From Euglena gracilis (lineage: Eukaryota), in assembly GCA_039621445.1 (NCBI GenBank), contig CP154954.1:17266589-17330588 (forward strand): a DNA stretch of 64,000 nt, read 5' to 3'. Numbering within the stretch: the stretch's first letter is position 1; each line of letters begins with the position of its first letter. Positions 42,201 to 56,092 of this stretch are shown piece after piece. The position numbers and the translations under genes are program-made. The notes below the pieces were generated by a model that was given only the letters and a program-made list of their open reading frames with translations, was not told where the DNA came from and searched no databases.

Positions 42201-44475
42201 TAACCGGGAAGCGGCAGAATAAACGAGCGAAATCGGAGTTGGTTTTGGACGAGGGTCCACCCCTTTGGGGGCAATTGATCTGGTGTCGCCAGAAAAGCGT
42301 GTCGCAATCCGTCTTCCCCATCTCTTGCAGACAAACGCTGAGCCATTCTTGGGGGCTTCCAGATTGAGGGCGATACCGGCCTGTGCGAGAGGCAGACCTC
42401 TTTTCAAAAGTGGGAAAATGCCACCATCACTCACAAATAAAGCCCCACAGGATTACAGATTTGTCGTGAAAGAGCGGAACCTGTCTTGCGCCCTCTGCCT
42501 CTACCCTGCACCTTCTGACCATGGCTAGTACGCAACGGCATCAGAAGGGCTGCAGTCCACGCTCCGCAGGTTGTCTACATACCCCAGAAAGGCTTCCCTT
42601 CTCCAACTCGTGCTGAAAGACCCACTCCAGAGTGGTGTACAAGACCCTGGGTGGGATTTTTTTTCTGAAAAAAAAATTGGGGGGTTCAGGGATAACTTTT
42701 TTCAGATACACTCAAAAGAAACCCTCAAACCCTGTTTTCCTTTCATTTCTCACCCCCCCCAAGAAAGCTTCTCTCCAGCAAATCTCTACACAACCCAAAA
42801 CCAGACGCCTGTTGTGGAAGCATCCCTCCCAGGGGGGGGGGTCTTCTGAATTCAAAAACCTGAAACGTGAGAACAATAATAAATCGGATCATATTTTTTT
42901 CACCTCTTTGTTTGGAAATAAAATTTCGCAATATGAAGCACCTCTGTGCCGCATGCAACATTTGGGTTGTCAATTCCCCGGACTATTATTTGCAAAATTA
43001 ATTTAGAGAGTAAAGTTAAACAGCCAACGTTTGGCATCTTTCCATAGTGGCATCGACGCATATTTGCATATAAATGTGGAATGCATCTGAAAATTTTTTG
43101 TGTGAGCTAGCAAAGCACGGCAGAACATTGTCAGTGAATAATCAGGAATCACAGTTCGGATCAACAACGTCAACTGAATGGGGTCAAACAAACGGGTAGG
43201 AGCAAAGCTCAGGCAATATTCACCCAAATAAACAAAATGATAAATAAATAAAGTACACAAGGTTGGAGAGATAGAACAAAAGCAAGGGGGCAATGAGTAA
43301 TGCGACTGTTTTGGGGAGGGACAAATATCACTTAAAATAACAGATTTGTCCAGACATCCACACCCAGCTTCCTTACCATACGTCAGCACGTCCTTCCCGC
43401 CGTCTTGGTCACACGACACCCGCACACCCTGCCACTTCCTCCCTGCCCTTTGCCAAACTCCCCCAAAAAACCACAACGGCGCGCTGCAAGCAAAGCAAGT
43501 CCGGATGCACACTGCTGGCAGCTTAGGTTCACCTGGGGAAACAGCTGAAAGGAGCAAGAAGGGCAGTAAAAGTCCCGTTCCTGCGCCGCTTTTTTTGCTT
43601 CCCCCCCCCTGGGGGGAGGAAGGTTCGGGGATTTGGTGAACTTACCAAAGTAAGTTCAAAACATAATAACGATGACTTTTATTGTGCTTGTAGGATTTAG
43701 ATTTCTGTGGAACTTAACACACTGAGAGCGATGTTTTAAGGTCCCTATGAGACCACAAACACACTGAATCAACGACCAGACTGAATTATTCGCATTTTGG
43801 CATCATTTTGCATCGCATTTCGGCATTTTAACAGAAAATTCCAGGAAATTGCATATTGAAATTGGGGGTAAATGTTGAAGGAATCAAATAAAGTTGAAAG
43901 GTGCGTTTGTCAATTGGCAGCACACCAGATGCAGGTGGAAATACAAGGAAAATGAAGGGAAAAAAATGCATGCACCTCGGTTTCAAAAAGGCATATAATA
44001 TCGAGCCGTCTCTGTTTGTGGCACACAAAGAACATTGACGATGTTGAACAAAATACAAAAGAAGACACCTTTAAAATACACCTTTGTCGCCAAAAATGAC
44101 CCCCGTTTTAATGATTTTTCTGCAGGGAGTGGAACCAACTTACAATACCACACCTTGGTAATGAAGAGGTGTATCAAAAACAAATGTTAATCAAATCTGT
44201 CTATATGTCTTGGGTGTATGCAAAGCATGTATGCATGCATGAACGGATGTATGGATGGATGGATGGATGGATGCTACAAATATGCATACATGTGTTTTTA
44301 AAAAATGGAGAAAGGGACACAGAAGAGCGCTGGAGTGGAAAAGAATTGTCCTCTGCATATGGTGACCTCAAAGGAGAGTAGAACACCAGAGTTTCAGGAT
44401 GGGGTAAATGGAAATACACAGAAGGAACCCGTGCTCGACGTGGTGCCGGTGTGGCCATATGGCTTTGCTGAGATT

Positions 44476-44596
<121 letters not shown>

Positions 44597-45209
44597 CCAA
44601 CTGGATTTCTTTTCTTTGCTATTTTTTTTGCCTGTTTTCGGGTGCCAGCCAGGTTTAGCCCAGCAGTCGGGTGGGACTCCCCTGGACCCCACACCTTAGA
44701 GGGGGGTGGGGGTCCAGCCAGCACCTTTTTTCGAGGCAACCTATTTCCCCCCAGCACTGCTGTCCAACCAGGCAAATAACTTGCCACGATGTTCGGGCCA
44801 CCAATCATATTCTTTTTTACTGATCTCCGGGGCTCGCTTCCACCCTTCCAAAAACCAGTCAGCCCGAACCCGGGCCAGGGAGGTCGGACATTCTGGGACC
44901 CAAGACTGCAAGAAAAGGAAAATTGGCCACAAACCTGAAAAATGGACAAAAATTTTTCTTTCAGATTTGGCGCCGGGTCAAGTTGGTGTATTTTCCTTTG
45001 CAACGCCTCACCCGCCGGGGAGGAGGAGGTTGGACCAAAACCCAATCAGTCACTCTGAAAAAACCAGCCACCCACTCCGGGGCCAAGAGGGACCAACCAG
45101 TGATTGCAGTCCCCCAATGACGGCAAACCTCAGGAAGCCATGTACCCAGCTGTGACGAAAGCGAAGACGGGGGACGGCACACACTACACGCCGAGGGTCG
45201 CCGTCAGAC

Positions 45210-48200
45210 ACAGGTCGCTTCGAACTGCATCCGGATGTGGACCTTCACCTCGGTGGTGGGGGACGGCAGGGTTTCCTTGCGGCTGACGACAAAGCCGAGG
45301 TTGCACAGGGGCAGGCAAACCGAGTCGCCACATCGGCGGTTTGGGGGACATGGAGAAGCCAACAAACTGTGACCTTTGATACACTTCAGAGCTGCCAACC
45401 CTCATCAAACGCTGCAACCCAACTCCCCCCCCCCCGGGAAACTTGTCACCTGACAGGTCGGCCGGTACCGGGGACCCTGACAACTTCCTATCGTACCAAA
45501 GACCCTGACAGTCTGACGGGCGGGGACCGTGACAGTTTGCAGGGTGGGGAATTTCAAGGGAACGTCAATGAAAACCGACTCTGACAGGCTGGCCGGTACC
45601 AGGGACCCTGATAACTTCCTGTACTGACAGGTTAGCTGGTAACGGGGACCCTGACAGGTTCTCGAGCATGACAGTTTCCCGGGGGGGGGGGGGTACTTCA
45701 CGGAATAATAAGTCACTTCCAAGTTGGTGGGTGGAATGGTGTTGGGGCTTGGGGGGGGGGGGGTGCTCTTGGGAGTTGGTCGGAATTCTTTTGAAATATT
45801 TGCGGACTGGCTCCGCACAACACAGGGCATGGCTGGGACAGGGGGGAAAATAACATTTCAAGACAAAAAAGCAGGGCCCTACCGAGCGACATAGGGGAAA
45901 ATAACACAAAAATAGGTGGCCCATTTCAGAGTTCAACGGGACTGTTCACAGCAAGAAATATATAATTTTTTTTAATTTTTTTCAAAAATTTTTTGAAATC
46001 AAGTGCAGGATTTGAAATGAAGTGCAAAAATTCAAAAATATTTTTTGGAAACCAGCGCAGCACACTTGGGAAGGAAAACTTCCACAATTAAGGCTTGAAT
46101 CAGGGGACAGAGTTTGGGTTAGACCCACTGCACAGCACGGGGCGCTCCCCCCGTCTCATCAATTGTTCCATTTTGCACACACGAGAAGCGAACTGTTTTT
46201 TTTTTACCTTTGCAACTTCAGTACTCATAATCTTTCAAAGAGAACCAATCTAGGCCGCATATTTTTTTCTTCGTTTTGTTTTCTCTCAACACACCATCAC
46301 TGTAACCGCCCAGACTGTAATTTTTCCTCTGGGTCTAACTGGGCCTAACCCAGTTGGATCCAGGGTGTCTCTGCCATTATTGTCAATTTTAACTTGACTT
46401 TAAAGCCAACAATGACACCTCGGAGCGTTGGCAACAGTTGATGCTTGGACACACATAGATGGTCATTGTCAGGAAGCCCCCGCTTAGTGCCCAGCCGAAA
46501 ATCGCGTGAAAAAGCCCATTTTCAGGCCCTTGGGGCCTTCGGTGCGAGGGCGATAACACACAAAAACCCATCCTCCTGCAGGGGGGAGTGCACTCTCCCC
46601 CCTCACACCTTGGGGGTACGACCCCCCTTAAAAAGAAACCTTGGTGCGTGTCAGTGTCAGAAGCTTTTGTTGAGGGCGGACCTGTGCTTTCTGACCAACC
46701 CAAAGAGGTTTGGGGGGGAACACGTTTTGGCGACCGTGAATTGAGGGGCAGCCTGGGCGGCAGCAGGATTTCGTGCTCTCCCGGGAAGGCGCTGCAACCA
46801 CCCAAATGGATGAGCTTGTTGAAGAACGCGCGGGGGATCACGATGACGAAGAGGTGCACCGTGGGCATCCATTCACACTCGGGCCCTCAGGGGAGGAGGT
46901 GGGCACCTTTCCTGGGCCAAAACCCACCACAGAGTTTTCTGCCGCAGGACGTTGCAAATGCACGCATGTGGGGGCCGAATGATTCACTGTGGATACTTCG
47001 TCCTTCACTTTCAAGTACCGAAAGTTGACCCCCAGATTTTTGCCATTTTCGGCCATTTTCGGCCATTTTCGGCCATTTTTTCCTATAGGTAGGGGGTAAA
47101 ATTACCTTAAAACTCTTTCATACCAACAATACAGTAGGGAAACTAAATAGTGGGACACAAATTTTGTGGGTCATACCCAACCCCCAGCTCCAAAGCCGTG
47201 GTGATGGTGTGTGCGCACTGGCATGCCCCACGCACCAATGCCCCAGCCTGCTCCGCTGCAGCACACTGTGATAAATTTAAGCCAACCCCATGCGAGCAGG
47301 TCTTTTCCATTTTCTCACCCTTTTGAACTGCGAAGCTAACCCAGCCTCAGGTAAGGGGACGAGGCGGCTCACACTGCAGTGAGTGGCATTTGGACCCCAA
47401 CTTTGAACAATGCAAGTTGCCAATCCCTGTCAACGTGGACTGATGTGGCGATGGCCTCGACATGCCGACCAATTTGGGCAAAAGGAGGCCAAAAATGGTA
47501 CCCCCCCCTGTCCAACAACCAGGTCCACCTGCCCAAACCCACCCAGCCACTCTCGGAATTCCACTCACCCATCCCCCATGGGGGGTCACGCAGGGATTGA
47601 GTGAATGGATGGCCCCGAAGGTCGGGTTGCCGTCCTGGAGGCTAGTGGAGGTGAACCCCGACCAGACAAACTGCTTCAACCCCAGGGACTCCGGCGGGCA
47701 CTGCGGCGATGGGATGGTTTCGTGTGCAATGTGTGTACCTACCCCCCCCCCGGGAAACTGTCACCTGACAGGTTGGCCAGTAATGGGGACCCTGACAGTT
47801 TCCCGGGCGGGACCATGACAGGCTCTCGGGCATGACAGTTTCCCGGGGGGGGGGGGTATAGAATGCTGATGAACGCACCGAAAAAAAAAGGCTTCTTTAA
47901 CTTCACTTCGATCAATTCCATCATAGAAATATGTCACAATGGCAGAATACTTCTGGCGCAATTGTGCAAATGGCAACTGTAGGAGCAGACGGTTCCCGCA
48001 ATTAATTGCACAATTGGTTCTTCTGCACAAAGGAAATGGTCCATTCAGATTATGGATTTGCACAATTGTGTGGTTATCAATAATTGTACATGTGCAATTA
48101 GAAGGATTTTTGTGTTCAAAGGCTGGGACACTTTTTCCAAATCTAGTTTGGGTGGAAATGGTCTGTTTCCACTCAACAAATCTTTCTAAAGTCAAGATTT

Positions 48201-51200
48201 ACGGGTATGATGAATACATTTTGCAAATCTAGGTGCCGGTTATTGGTGCTGAAAAAAGAAAACGGCACCTTTGTGCTTTGTGAGTTCGCCCACCAAATCA
48301 ATGCCCCCAAATTTTGTGGGTACAAATCGTAATATCTGACAAAATTGTTAAAAAAATTGACGTTTCTGGATCATCTGCCGTCCAAAAAAAGCAAAATTTC
48401 AATACAAAGTGCAATAAATGACCCCAAAAGGGTTTTTAGTTGCTATTTTGGGTCCTATGGGAGTTGGAAAACTTTCGAAAAAATTAAGCAGCTGTTACAC
48501 TCCCAAATATCACCCCCCTCAGGACGGGACTTTGGGAGAAAAAAATAATACCCCGGGGGGTATTATTTGGGGGTGTAACCACAGTTTCACGACATTGATT
48601 GTCCAGCTTCCACCAGACTGGCTTTGAAAGCTCTTGGTTGGTTTTGAATTGGTTTCTTTGTGCAAATGCGCAAAATGTTCCAATTGTGCAAAGGCGAACG
48701 TGTTGGGGTCAACAAGTGTCAACATAAGGGGAGTGATGTGGCCCAGAACTTAACTACATTGTGGGAATCCTTCTGTGCTCTTTATGCCTTCACCTACCAC
48801 AATTTTCAGAGTCATATACCAGTCTGTTTCCTCCCATAATATTTTTGCGTGTGGAAGCCAGGCTTCGTTCAAGATCCCCGGGGAAGGGGGTCCCCCTTGG
48901 GAGAATGGGGGGTTCACTTATCCTGGGTATTTTCCTGTGTCAAACTGGGGGCAACAAATCAAGCTGCACTTGTCTGGAGACAGTTTCGGGGGGTAAGCTG
49001 TCTTCTTGTTCCTTTTCACGCATTTGCGCAAAGGAACCTGGGCGATTTTTTTTGGCAATGCCGGTTGGACACCGGCACTCTGTGTGTGGGCCGTCATCAG
49101 TTTTGCGGGGCTGAAACGCAAGGGAAAGGCCAAATTCGATGTTCTTGAACCTCCAAATCATCACGCTGCTCAGCCAGTGCAAAGGGAGGAGACAGGTCCT
49201 GATAAGACAGGTCAGTGGGTACAGAATGCTGAAGAGAGTTTCCTGGGCAGTTGGCAGTTAGAAGGAAAAAGTTGACAAAGGTGACAAAAAAAACATAAAT
49301 GAAATTATTCATAAAGTTCTTGGTGGCTTATCTGGACAATTACAGCTGTCGATCAATTCCAGAATCCCTGGCCTTCTCCACATACAGCTGCAGTTGGCTG
49401 GGCTGTAGAGTGGTACGGCGGTACAGCGTGACAGACTGGTCAGAAGGTTGCAATAATTTGCTCAGTAGCAGATCGCAACTTGGACTTCGGTGGCAAAATA
49501 GAGAACTGTCGACGATACACCATCCAGATGTGTTTGAAACGTTTTGTATGCCACACTGTTAATGTCAGGGTCAGGGTTAGGGTCAGGGTTAGGATTATGT
49601 CATGTTTACCCTACCCCAACCCTGCCCCTAGCCCCAGTCCTGACAATCACCCAACCTGAACACCAAGCAGCCTGAGTTTCAGGGGATGGGATAACCAGGA
49701 GGAAGCGGAGCTTTTGCACATGTTAAATTTTCATGCCCAGGAAGGTTGTTCAGGGCGCCGCTTGGGGGGGGGGGGGTGTATGCTGCAAGGAATGGTGCTG
49801 ACAATGCCCAGCCGCCTGGGTAGAGTTAGGGTTTGGATAAGGATTTCCTGGTTGATTTCCTTGCAGCGGACCGCCGCTTTCAGCCTTCGACAGCGGGGGG
49901 GTGCGCTTTTATTTGGAACCTGCGCTTTTGGCGGCCCCTTGCTTCTATTAGGTGGGGGGTCGCTGAGCTCTTATCCCTTTGTGGGCAAGAGCGAATCATG
50001 AGCGTTTTTCGACCCCCCCCCCCGCCCCACGTTTTTTGACCCGAAACCCATGGAGTTTGGGTCAAAAACGGGTCAAAAAAATCGGGGAAAAAACGAAAAA
50101 ATTTGCCTCCCGGACCCAGAAAAACTGTTTTTTGAACCGAAAATGAGCACCAAAACGTACCAAAGTTGCTTCCCATAACTTCGCCTCTGCCTAGCGTCCG
50201 AGCCACATTTTCGGTTTTAATATGTTCTGGTTGCCCATCAATTCATTTTTCAGTCAAAGACAACGGCTGTTTTTTGATTATTTGGGGGCAACGGTACCAG
50301 GGTGTTTTTGGGACCGGCACGCCATCAACCCAACCCCCAGAGCAGGGGACTTGGAGGTTGGGTGGGCACTGTTAACCAGGTTTTTGAAATGTGCTGAGCT
50401 CTTTACCTTTGCGGTTTTTCCAAATGGAAGCGCACCCCTGGAGGCGACGGTCCACTATAAATGCACCTTACTATTAGGGGGCTAGGGGTTAGATGGGTGT
50501 ATCCCGTATCTTTACCCAACAACGCCAAATCCAAACATCATTTGAATGAAACGTACTCCACCAGTCAGTGTTCATAAAGGCCTTCAGAACAGCAAAGCCC
50601 AAGGTTGTGCATCGTGGCATTTCTGACACAGATGCTCTTTTGACGTCTGAGCCCAAGTTGAAAAACAAAACCATTTCCAGGAGACCAAGTGCTAGTGTTG
50701 AGTCCAAATCCGAAGGTTGTTTCAGCGCATATCAAATCGTTTGGCATTTACAGGAGGAGCCGGCAAGAGCATCCGGTGGTCCCCACCAGCAGTGCCTTGA
50801 TAAAAGGCATGAAGTGGGTGAGGTCCTCCTCCTTGTCTCTGGCATTGGGTGTTTATCGCTGTCTGGCACAACCACTCTCCGCGAATCTGTGCTGTCCTGA
50901 CACTTTCCCATATGTCCTCTCCTTGAACGCCATTGCCACTTTAGTGTTCATTGGGCTTGGGAGGCGTACTGCCTTCTCACCTTGGTATTTGTCCTGCCGC
51001 TGTCAACCTTTGTATTTCGCTGCAAGCGATGGATGTGACACAGGAGTGTAATGATCGGAGAAGAACATGGACACGGGCGTTTGCCGTTATCAGCCGATCT
51101 TACCAGTACGCTTAGTCAGCCAATGTTCTTCCCGGCAGGCTTTGTTGCACTCCTGGTACACCCAAGTGTCCACGGTGTAGAGCCACAGCAGGGCCTTCGT

Positions 51201-53800
51201 GATTTGGTTGGGGTCGTCTTTGACTGCCAAGCAAGGCACAGTGGAGGAAACCAGGTCAAAAGCTGCAACAGAATGGACATGTTGAATGCTGTTAACATAA
51301 AAAAACGAAACAAAAATGCACTTGGAAACTGAATATAAAGGCTATTTTGCATCATTTAAAAAGGAAATCATTAAAATACTGTGCGGCTTTTGTTGTTTGA
51401 TCCTCCAATGAGACACCCAAAAAACACCTGTTCCAGGCAGTATGGGAATGTATGTTGTCCCACAAGCCACCGGACGCCCCTACATACCCACCATCATACC
51501 AAGTATTTTTCCAGGACTGGATGGCAGCATGCCAAGGTTTTTTTTGAGACTGGGGGGGAAGGGAGCTCCCCACACTCACCAGGGCTCACCCCCTTCCCCT
51601 CGGGAAGGGCAGAGGGAGGGTGCAGGGGGGGGGGTCAATTTAGGGGCAAAAAAAGTCAAAAATGGCCAAACCCTGGGGGACCCACAAAGCAAAGCCCTTG
51701 GAGTACCCCTGGGTTCCGGTTGCCCCCCCCACCCTCCCCCCCCCACCGTTGTCCACTGGTCCTCTAGGGTGCTGCCCAGGAAATGGCTAGCCGTTTCAGT
51801 TTCAGCGTGGCAGCCCTGCATGGGGTATGCAATTGCATGCGATTGCTGAAGGCATCGATGTCGAGGGGCTCCAACCCTTTCCGGTCGCCGTACTCCAGAG
51901 CCAGGGCTGTGCGCTGGGCTGGGGATGCCCCCCCAGCACCGTATAAAGCACCGGTGCTGAAAGAAACTAATAATCCACTAAAATAATAAAATAAAATAAT
52001 AAAATAAAATAATAAAATAATATTACAAAATAATATTAAAAAATAACAAACAATATGTGGGAAAAAAGGGGGAAAAGCAACAGGGTGGGAGATGGCAGGC
52101 CCCCCTGCCAACCCCCCCGCAGAGCCGAGGTGGGGTTGGCATCGCCTGTTTCTTCAGCCTTGTGCCAGTCGCACACCGCTGCGCCACAAACTCAGGAAGA
52201 TGTCGTTCCCGGTGCAGCGGGCAGAGTGAATGAGTTCGAGGAAATTGGGCCCCGGCTGGAGCATGGCAGCGGAGACCCAACGAGTGGCAATGACATACCG
52301 GCAAACAGGAGGAAATGAATGGACCACTTCATTCAACCAAAGACATGCCAAAAGCATTTGTAAAAACAGATGTGCATTCGTTGTACATGGCGTTAACGGT
52401 GAAAATCTGCTTTTCACCCTTTGTGGTGTTGTACCTACACCGATGTATGGACCCGCACACGGTGTTTGTGCACGGGGGCTCCGGGGGAACGTCGGGGACT
52501 CCCGGTGCCGCTGTGGCCGGGGGTGGGGGTGGCTGTGGCCAGGTCCGCCGACCGCCCCTCCGGTGGGGGAATCCTGGAGGCGTTTCAATAGCAAAGCCAG
52601 GAGCACCAAGGGCAGATAGGTAGAAGTTGAACATCTACCATACACATACATGCACACACAGATGCACACACAACACACAACAATCACGCACACACACACA
52701 TACCCGCATAACACACACACGCGCGCGCGTGCGCAAAAAGCAACACAACCCCGACCCTGGAAGCCATTCCAGCGCAACCTGAATCACCCCAACCTAACCT
52801 TAACCTGATCTCTCTGGCCCTAACTAAGACCCTTGCAAACAACCCTTTTGGAGACATTTTCCAAACAAGACAAACTCCAGATGGGTCAGAAATCTTTTGT
52901 CTGAAAATGTAATTTCTAAAGTTGTCTGCAATCCGCCTTGAAAAGTGAAGGACGAAATATCCTCAGTGAATCATTCGGCCACAATATCCGTGCAACTGCG
53001 ATGCCCTGCGACAGAAAACTTGTCAAGAAAAGCTCAGAAGATCTGGTCCAAGCCATCGTCAGTTATCGGGTTCTGTGCTTCACAGAGGGAAACCATCAAA
53101 AAATGTCTGGAATTATTATTAAAGGCAGAACCGTCCAATTTCACAAAAAGAAACGAACGTTGGATGTGCAATAAATTTCAAATTGATGAGGACTCTCCAT
53201 TGGATCGGTTTTTGGTTTCAATAAAAGAGGTAAAGATGAAAGACATTACACCCATGGACGAAGGCGCCTAAAATGAATAGTTAGTAACATTGACACATGT
53301 CCTCACACAATTTGAAATGAAGCGGACACAATTAATTTTGGGACGGGACCTTTGTAGAAGCTCCTGGATAAAACAGCTTGTGGTTCCAACACACCAAGGC
53401 GCAGAAGGTCTTCTTTATTGGCCAGGGACAATGCCTGAAGTGAGTTATATCCCAGGCAGGGCACCGCGGTAAAAAATGTCTGTTCAACATCACAATCACA
53501 ACCGCAATCACAACACAAGGGGGGGGCTTTCGAAAGACACCAAGGAACTGATTGGATCCCCCAGCAATCCACATAGCACACCTTGCCAGGTCAAAAAGTC
53601 GCCGCTGCCACAGCACCTGCCCGCCCAAAATGCTTCCCGGAACCACATTCCACAGCCGCAATTTGTCAGTATTTGTGGTTCCAAAAAGGTGAGAATACAC
53701 TGCGCCCTGGGCCAGCCTGAGCCAGGCGAGCGGCGTACGGGGACAAATGCAGTTCAGCCAGGAGGGCCTCTAGGTCAGCCTGGGCCAGCGTGTTGGACAT
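45210..53800 (-). CDS. Multi-exon host gene: SAM-like N-terminus plus R-S-E (cholera-toxin-like/ARTC class) ADP-ribosyltransferase domain
   Basis: Ordered exons: 53800- MSNTLAQADLEALLAELHLSPYAARLAQAG; ~51915-51835 ALALEYGDRKGLEPLDIDAFSNRMQ; ~51230-51165 DDPNQITKALLWLYTVDTW; ~50860-50785 AIN..RDKEEDLTHFMPFIKALL (needs a 1-nt indel); ~49435-49374 VTLYRRTTLQPSQLQLYVEK; 47677-47615 KQFVWSGFTSTSLQDGNPTFG; 46860-~46755 VHLFVIVIPRAFFNKLIHLGGCSAFPGEHEILLPP; ~45255-45210 VKVHIRMQFE. The YR, FTSTS and E-x-E motifs are in the expected order. Confidence 0.8.
45425..45693. mobile_element. MITE, (C)nGGGAAACTGTCA...TGACAGTTTCCC(G)n family
   Basis: Inverted ends and internal ggaccctgacag repeats; same family as 47742-47856 and a fragment at ~25703-25788. 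Confidence 0.75.
47742..47856. mobile_element. Short copy of the same MITE family, TA-flanked
   Basis: TA|(C)n gggaaactgtca ... tgacagtttccc(G)n|TA. Confidence 0.8.
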
Positions 53801-54417
53801 CGCCGGGGAGGTGACGTGGGAAACCGATGAATCTCCCCGATGACATTTTTCGGGTTTTGTTTTGTTCATCTGTTTCGATGTCTCTTCTTTAATTGTCATT
53901 TTGCAGACGATGCTGGGGTTCACCTAAGCTGTGCATCCCACTGCCGCTATTCACCAAAAAATAACAGGATTTTTACTTTTTTTGGACAATAATATCTCAT
54001 CAAATGAAGCTTCTAAAGATTGTAAAGCTTTTTGAAGAGTTTTCCAGACAACGCCAGGAATCCCCAGCGTCGAAAATTGTGAGCATCTGTGGTTTGTGCA
54101 TTCCATTGGACCCGCTCTACGATGCAAATGCACAAATGACTCCCTGTGAATGAGTCAGGGTTGAATTGGGGGGGGGATGTTGATGATGTTGTGCATCCTC
54201 GTGCTTTCAAATAGAACAGTATACCAAAAGGAAAAGAAATTTGCCCATTCGGCGAGAAACGCAAGCTAGTCCTTTGATCAAGGTTTGTAGACTGGTCATG
54301 TAATAAATGGATCAAAGTTGCAACACACTGAGGGTGGGGGTAAAAAAAATACTTGTCACCGTGGCGTCATGAGCAAGTTACAGCTCGGGGTCGGATAACG
54401 AAAGTGGATGCTTGGCG

Positions 54418-54469
<52 letters not shown>

Positions 54470-54472
54470 TTG

Positions 54473-54528
<56 letters not shown>

Positions 54529-54530
54529 AG
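54418..54530. repeat. (TG)n microsatellite
   Basis: Direct reading. Confidence 0.95.
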
Positions 54531-55290
54531 TGTGCGCGCGCGTGCTGTGGGTGTGTGCGCGTGTGCAGGATTTGTTAACAACAGTTATGATAAACAAAAG
54601 TGTTGACGTTGACACAGTTTGACACCATGGTACAAAAAAAGGTAAACGTTTCCAGACAGCGTTCAGAAGCTGAAAAAACAACAACACAGATTAACACAAA
54701 TACCCAGATTCATGTTTGGGGTGCTCAGTTGTTAAAGAACATTTCCAACATCCCCTCCCTCCCAATAACAAACTCGCAAACACCCCTCAGGACTTGGGCT
54801 GCCCAATTCACAAACCCCGGCATTATGATTGAAGCAAAGAAAACAAGTCCAAAACATCACCAGATACACACACACACACACACACAAATCAGAGAGTTTG
54901 ATGAAATCAATGCAGGAGGAACTCCCAACTTTGCAAGGGTCCAGTAACAAAAATAATTGCAAAAGAAAGGGTCCGGCGACATGGACCAAATGCTTTGGTG
55001 GGAAACCTTTAAATTTCGGAAATTTTCGTAAAGCAATCAACCACCCCCCAAATAATACAAACTCGTGGGTCCCAACTTTGGTGCCCAACATAGATTCACT
55101 TAGTAACCCCACAGGGGTGTGCCAGGCTCAGTCTGGATCGCCCGAAATCCTAGCGTGGCATATTGTTTTAAGAATTTTTGGCTGATTTTGGGTAGGCTTA
55201 AGGTAGACTTTCGGCGAGTGGTTTGGTGGAAGGGGGTTCATCGTGCGCGGGGTGGGTTTTTGAAGAAGGAAAACAAGTGGTTGGGTGCAA

Positions 55291-56092
55291 GCTTCTTTTT
55301 AAGACCCCGGGGCAGGGATGGATGGGAAGCCTTGAGGGGGGGGGTGGGTCGGACCCCCCCTCCCGACACGGAGGGGGGGGGGGTGGGTCGGACCCCCCCC
55401 CCTCCTACCTCGAAACTGAGGGGGGGGCCGAAATTTTTTCGATTTCATGGACGGGCAAAGGGCCGGAAATTGGGTCAAAATCGGTCAAAAACCCCTGATT
55501 TTTCTTTGAAAATCGATCCAAAAATGCTCATTTTTTGAATTTTTTTGAACATGTTTTTGGGGGAAAACACCAACACATCAAAAAATGGGCAATATGTCCA
55601 AAAGTCAGCAAAAGGGGGTGTTTTTGCTCATTTTCCGGCGCTGCGCGCCGGAAGAAAATTTTCTGCTATTTTTGGCGCCTGTCAAGGAGGGGGGGGTGGG
55701 TGGGTCCGGACCCCCCCTCCCAACATCTAGGGGGGGGGGTGGTCCGGACCCCCCCCTACCACCTTACCCCCCCAGGGGGGGGGGGGGGTCGGGACTCCCC
55801 CCTACCACCTACCTCAATACCGAAGGGCTTCCCATCCATCCCTGCCCCGGGGGGGGAGGGGTTCCCCCCACCCACCCAGGGTGGCGCGGGACCCCCCGGG
55901 GGGGGGGGCAGGGACCCCCCCAAAATCAGGCCTGTTAAAAGCAATTTCCAAAAATTTTCGGCGCTTCGCGCCGAAAAGGTATACCCAGCGCCTCTGGCAC
56001 GGGACCCCCCCCGGGGGGGGGGGGGGGTCCGGCCCGGACCCACCCACCCACCCCCCCTCCCCAGGGGGGAGTCTGCTGACTTAAAAAGAAGC
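55291..56092. mobile_element. Nested MITEs
   Basis: Outer inverted ends gcttctttttaag (55291) / cttaaaaagaagc (to 56092). Inner element ccccggggcagggatggatgggaagcc (55305) / ggcttcccatccatccctgccccgggg (to 55852). Confidence 0.65.

Noticed and set aside
49565-49593. Telomere-like gggttagg repeats
   Set aside because: Only 2-4 degenerate units at an internal position.
52938-53472. Short AT-rich plus-strand ORFs inside the ART gene region
   Set aside because: Fragmentary and without recognisable motifs; possibly a decayed repeat, but not supportable.
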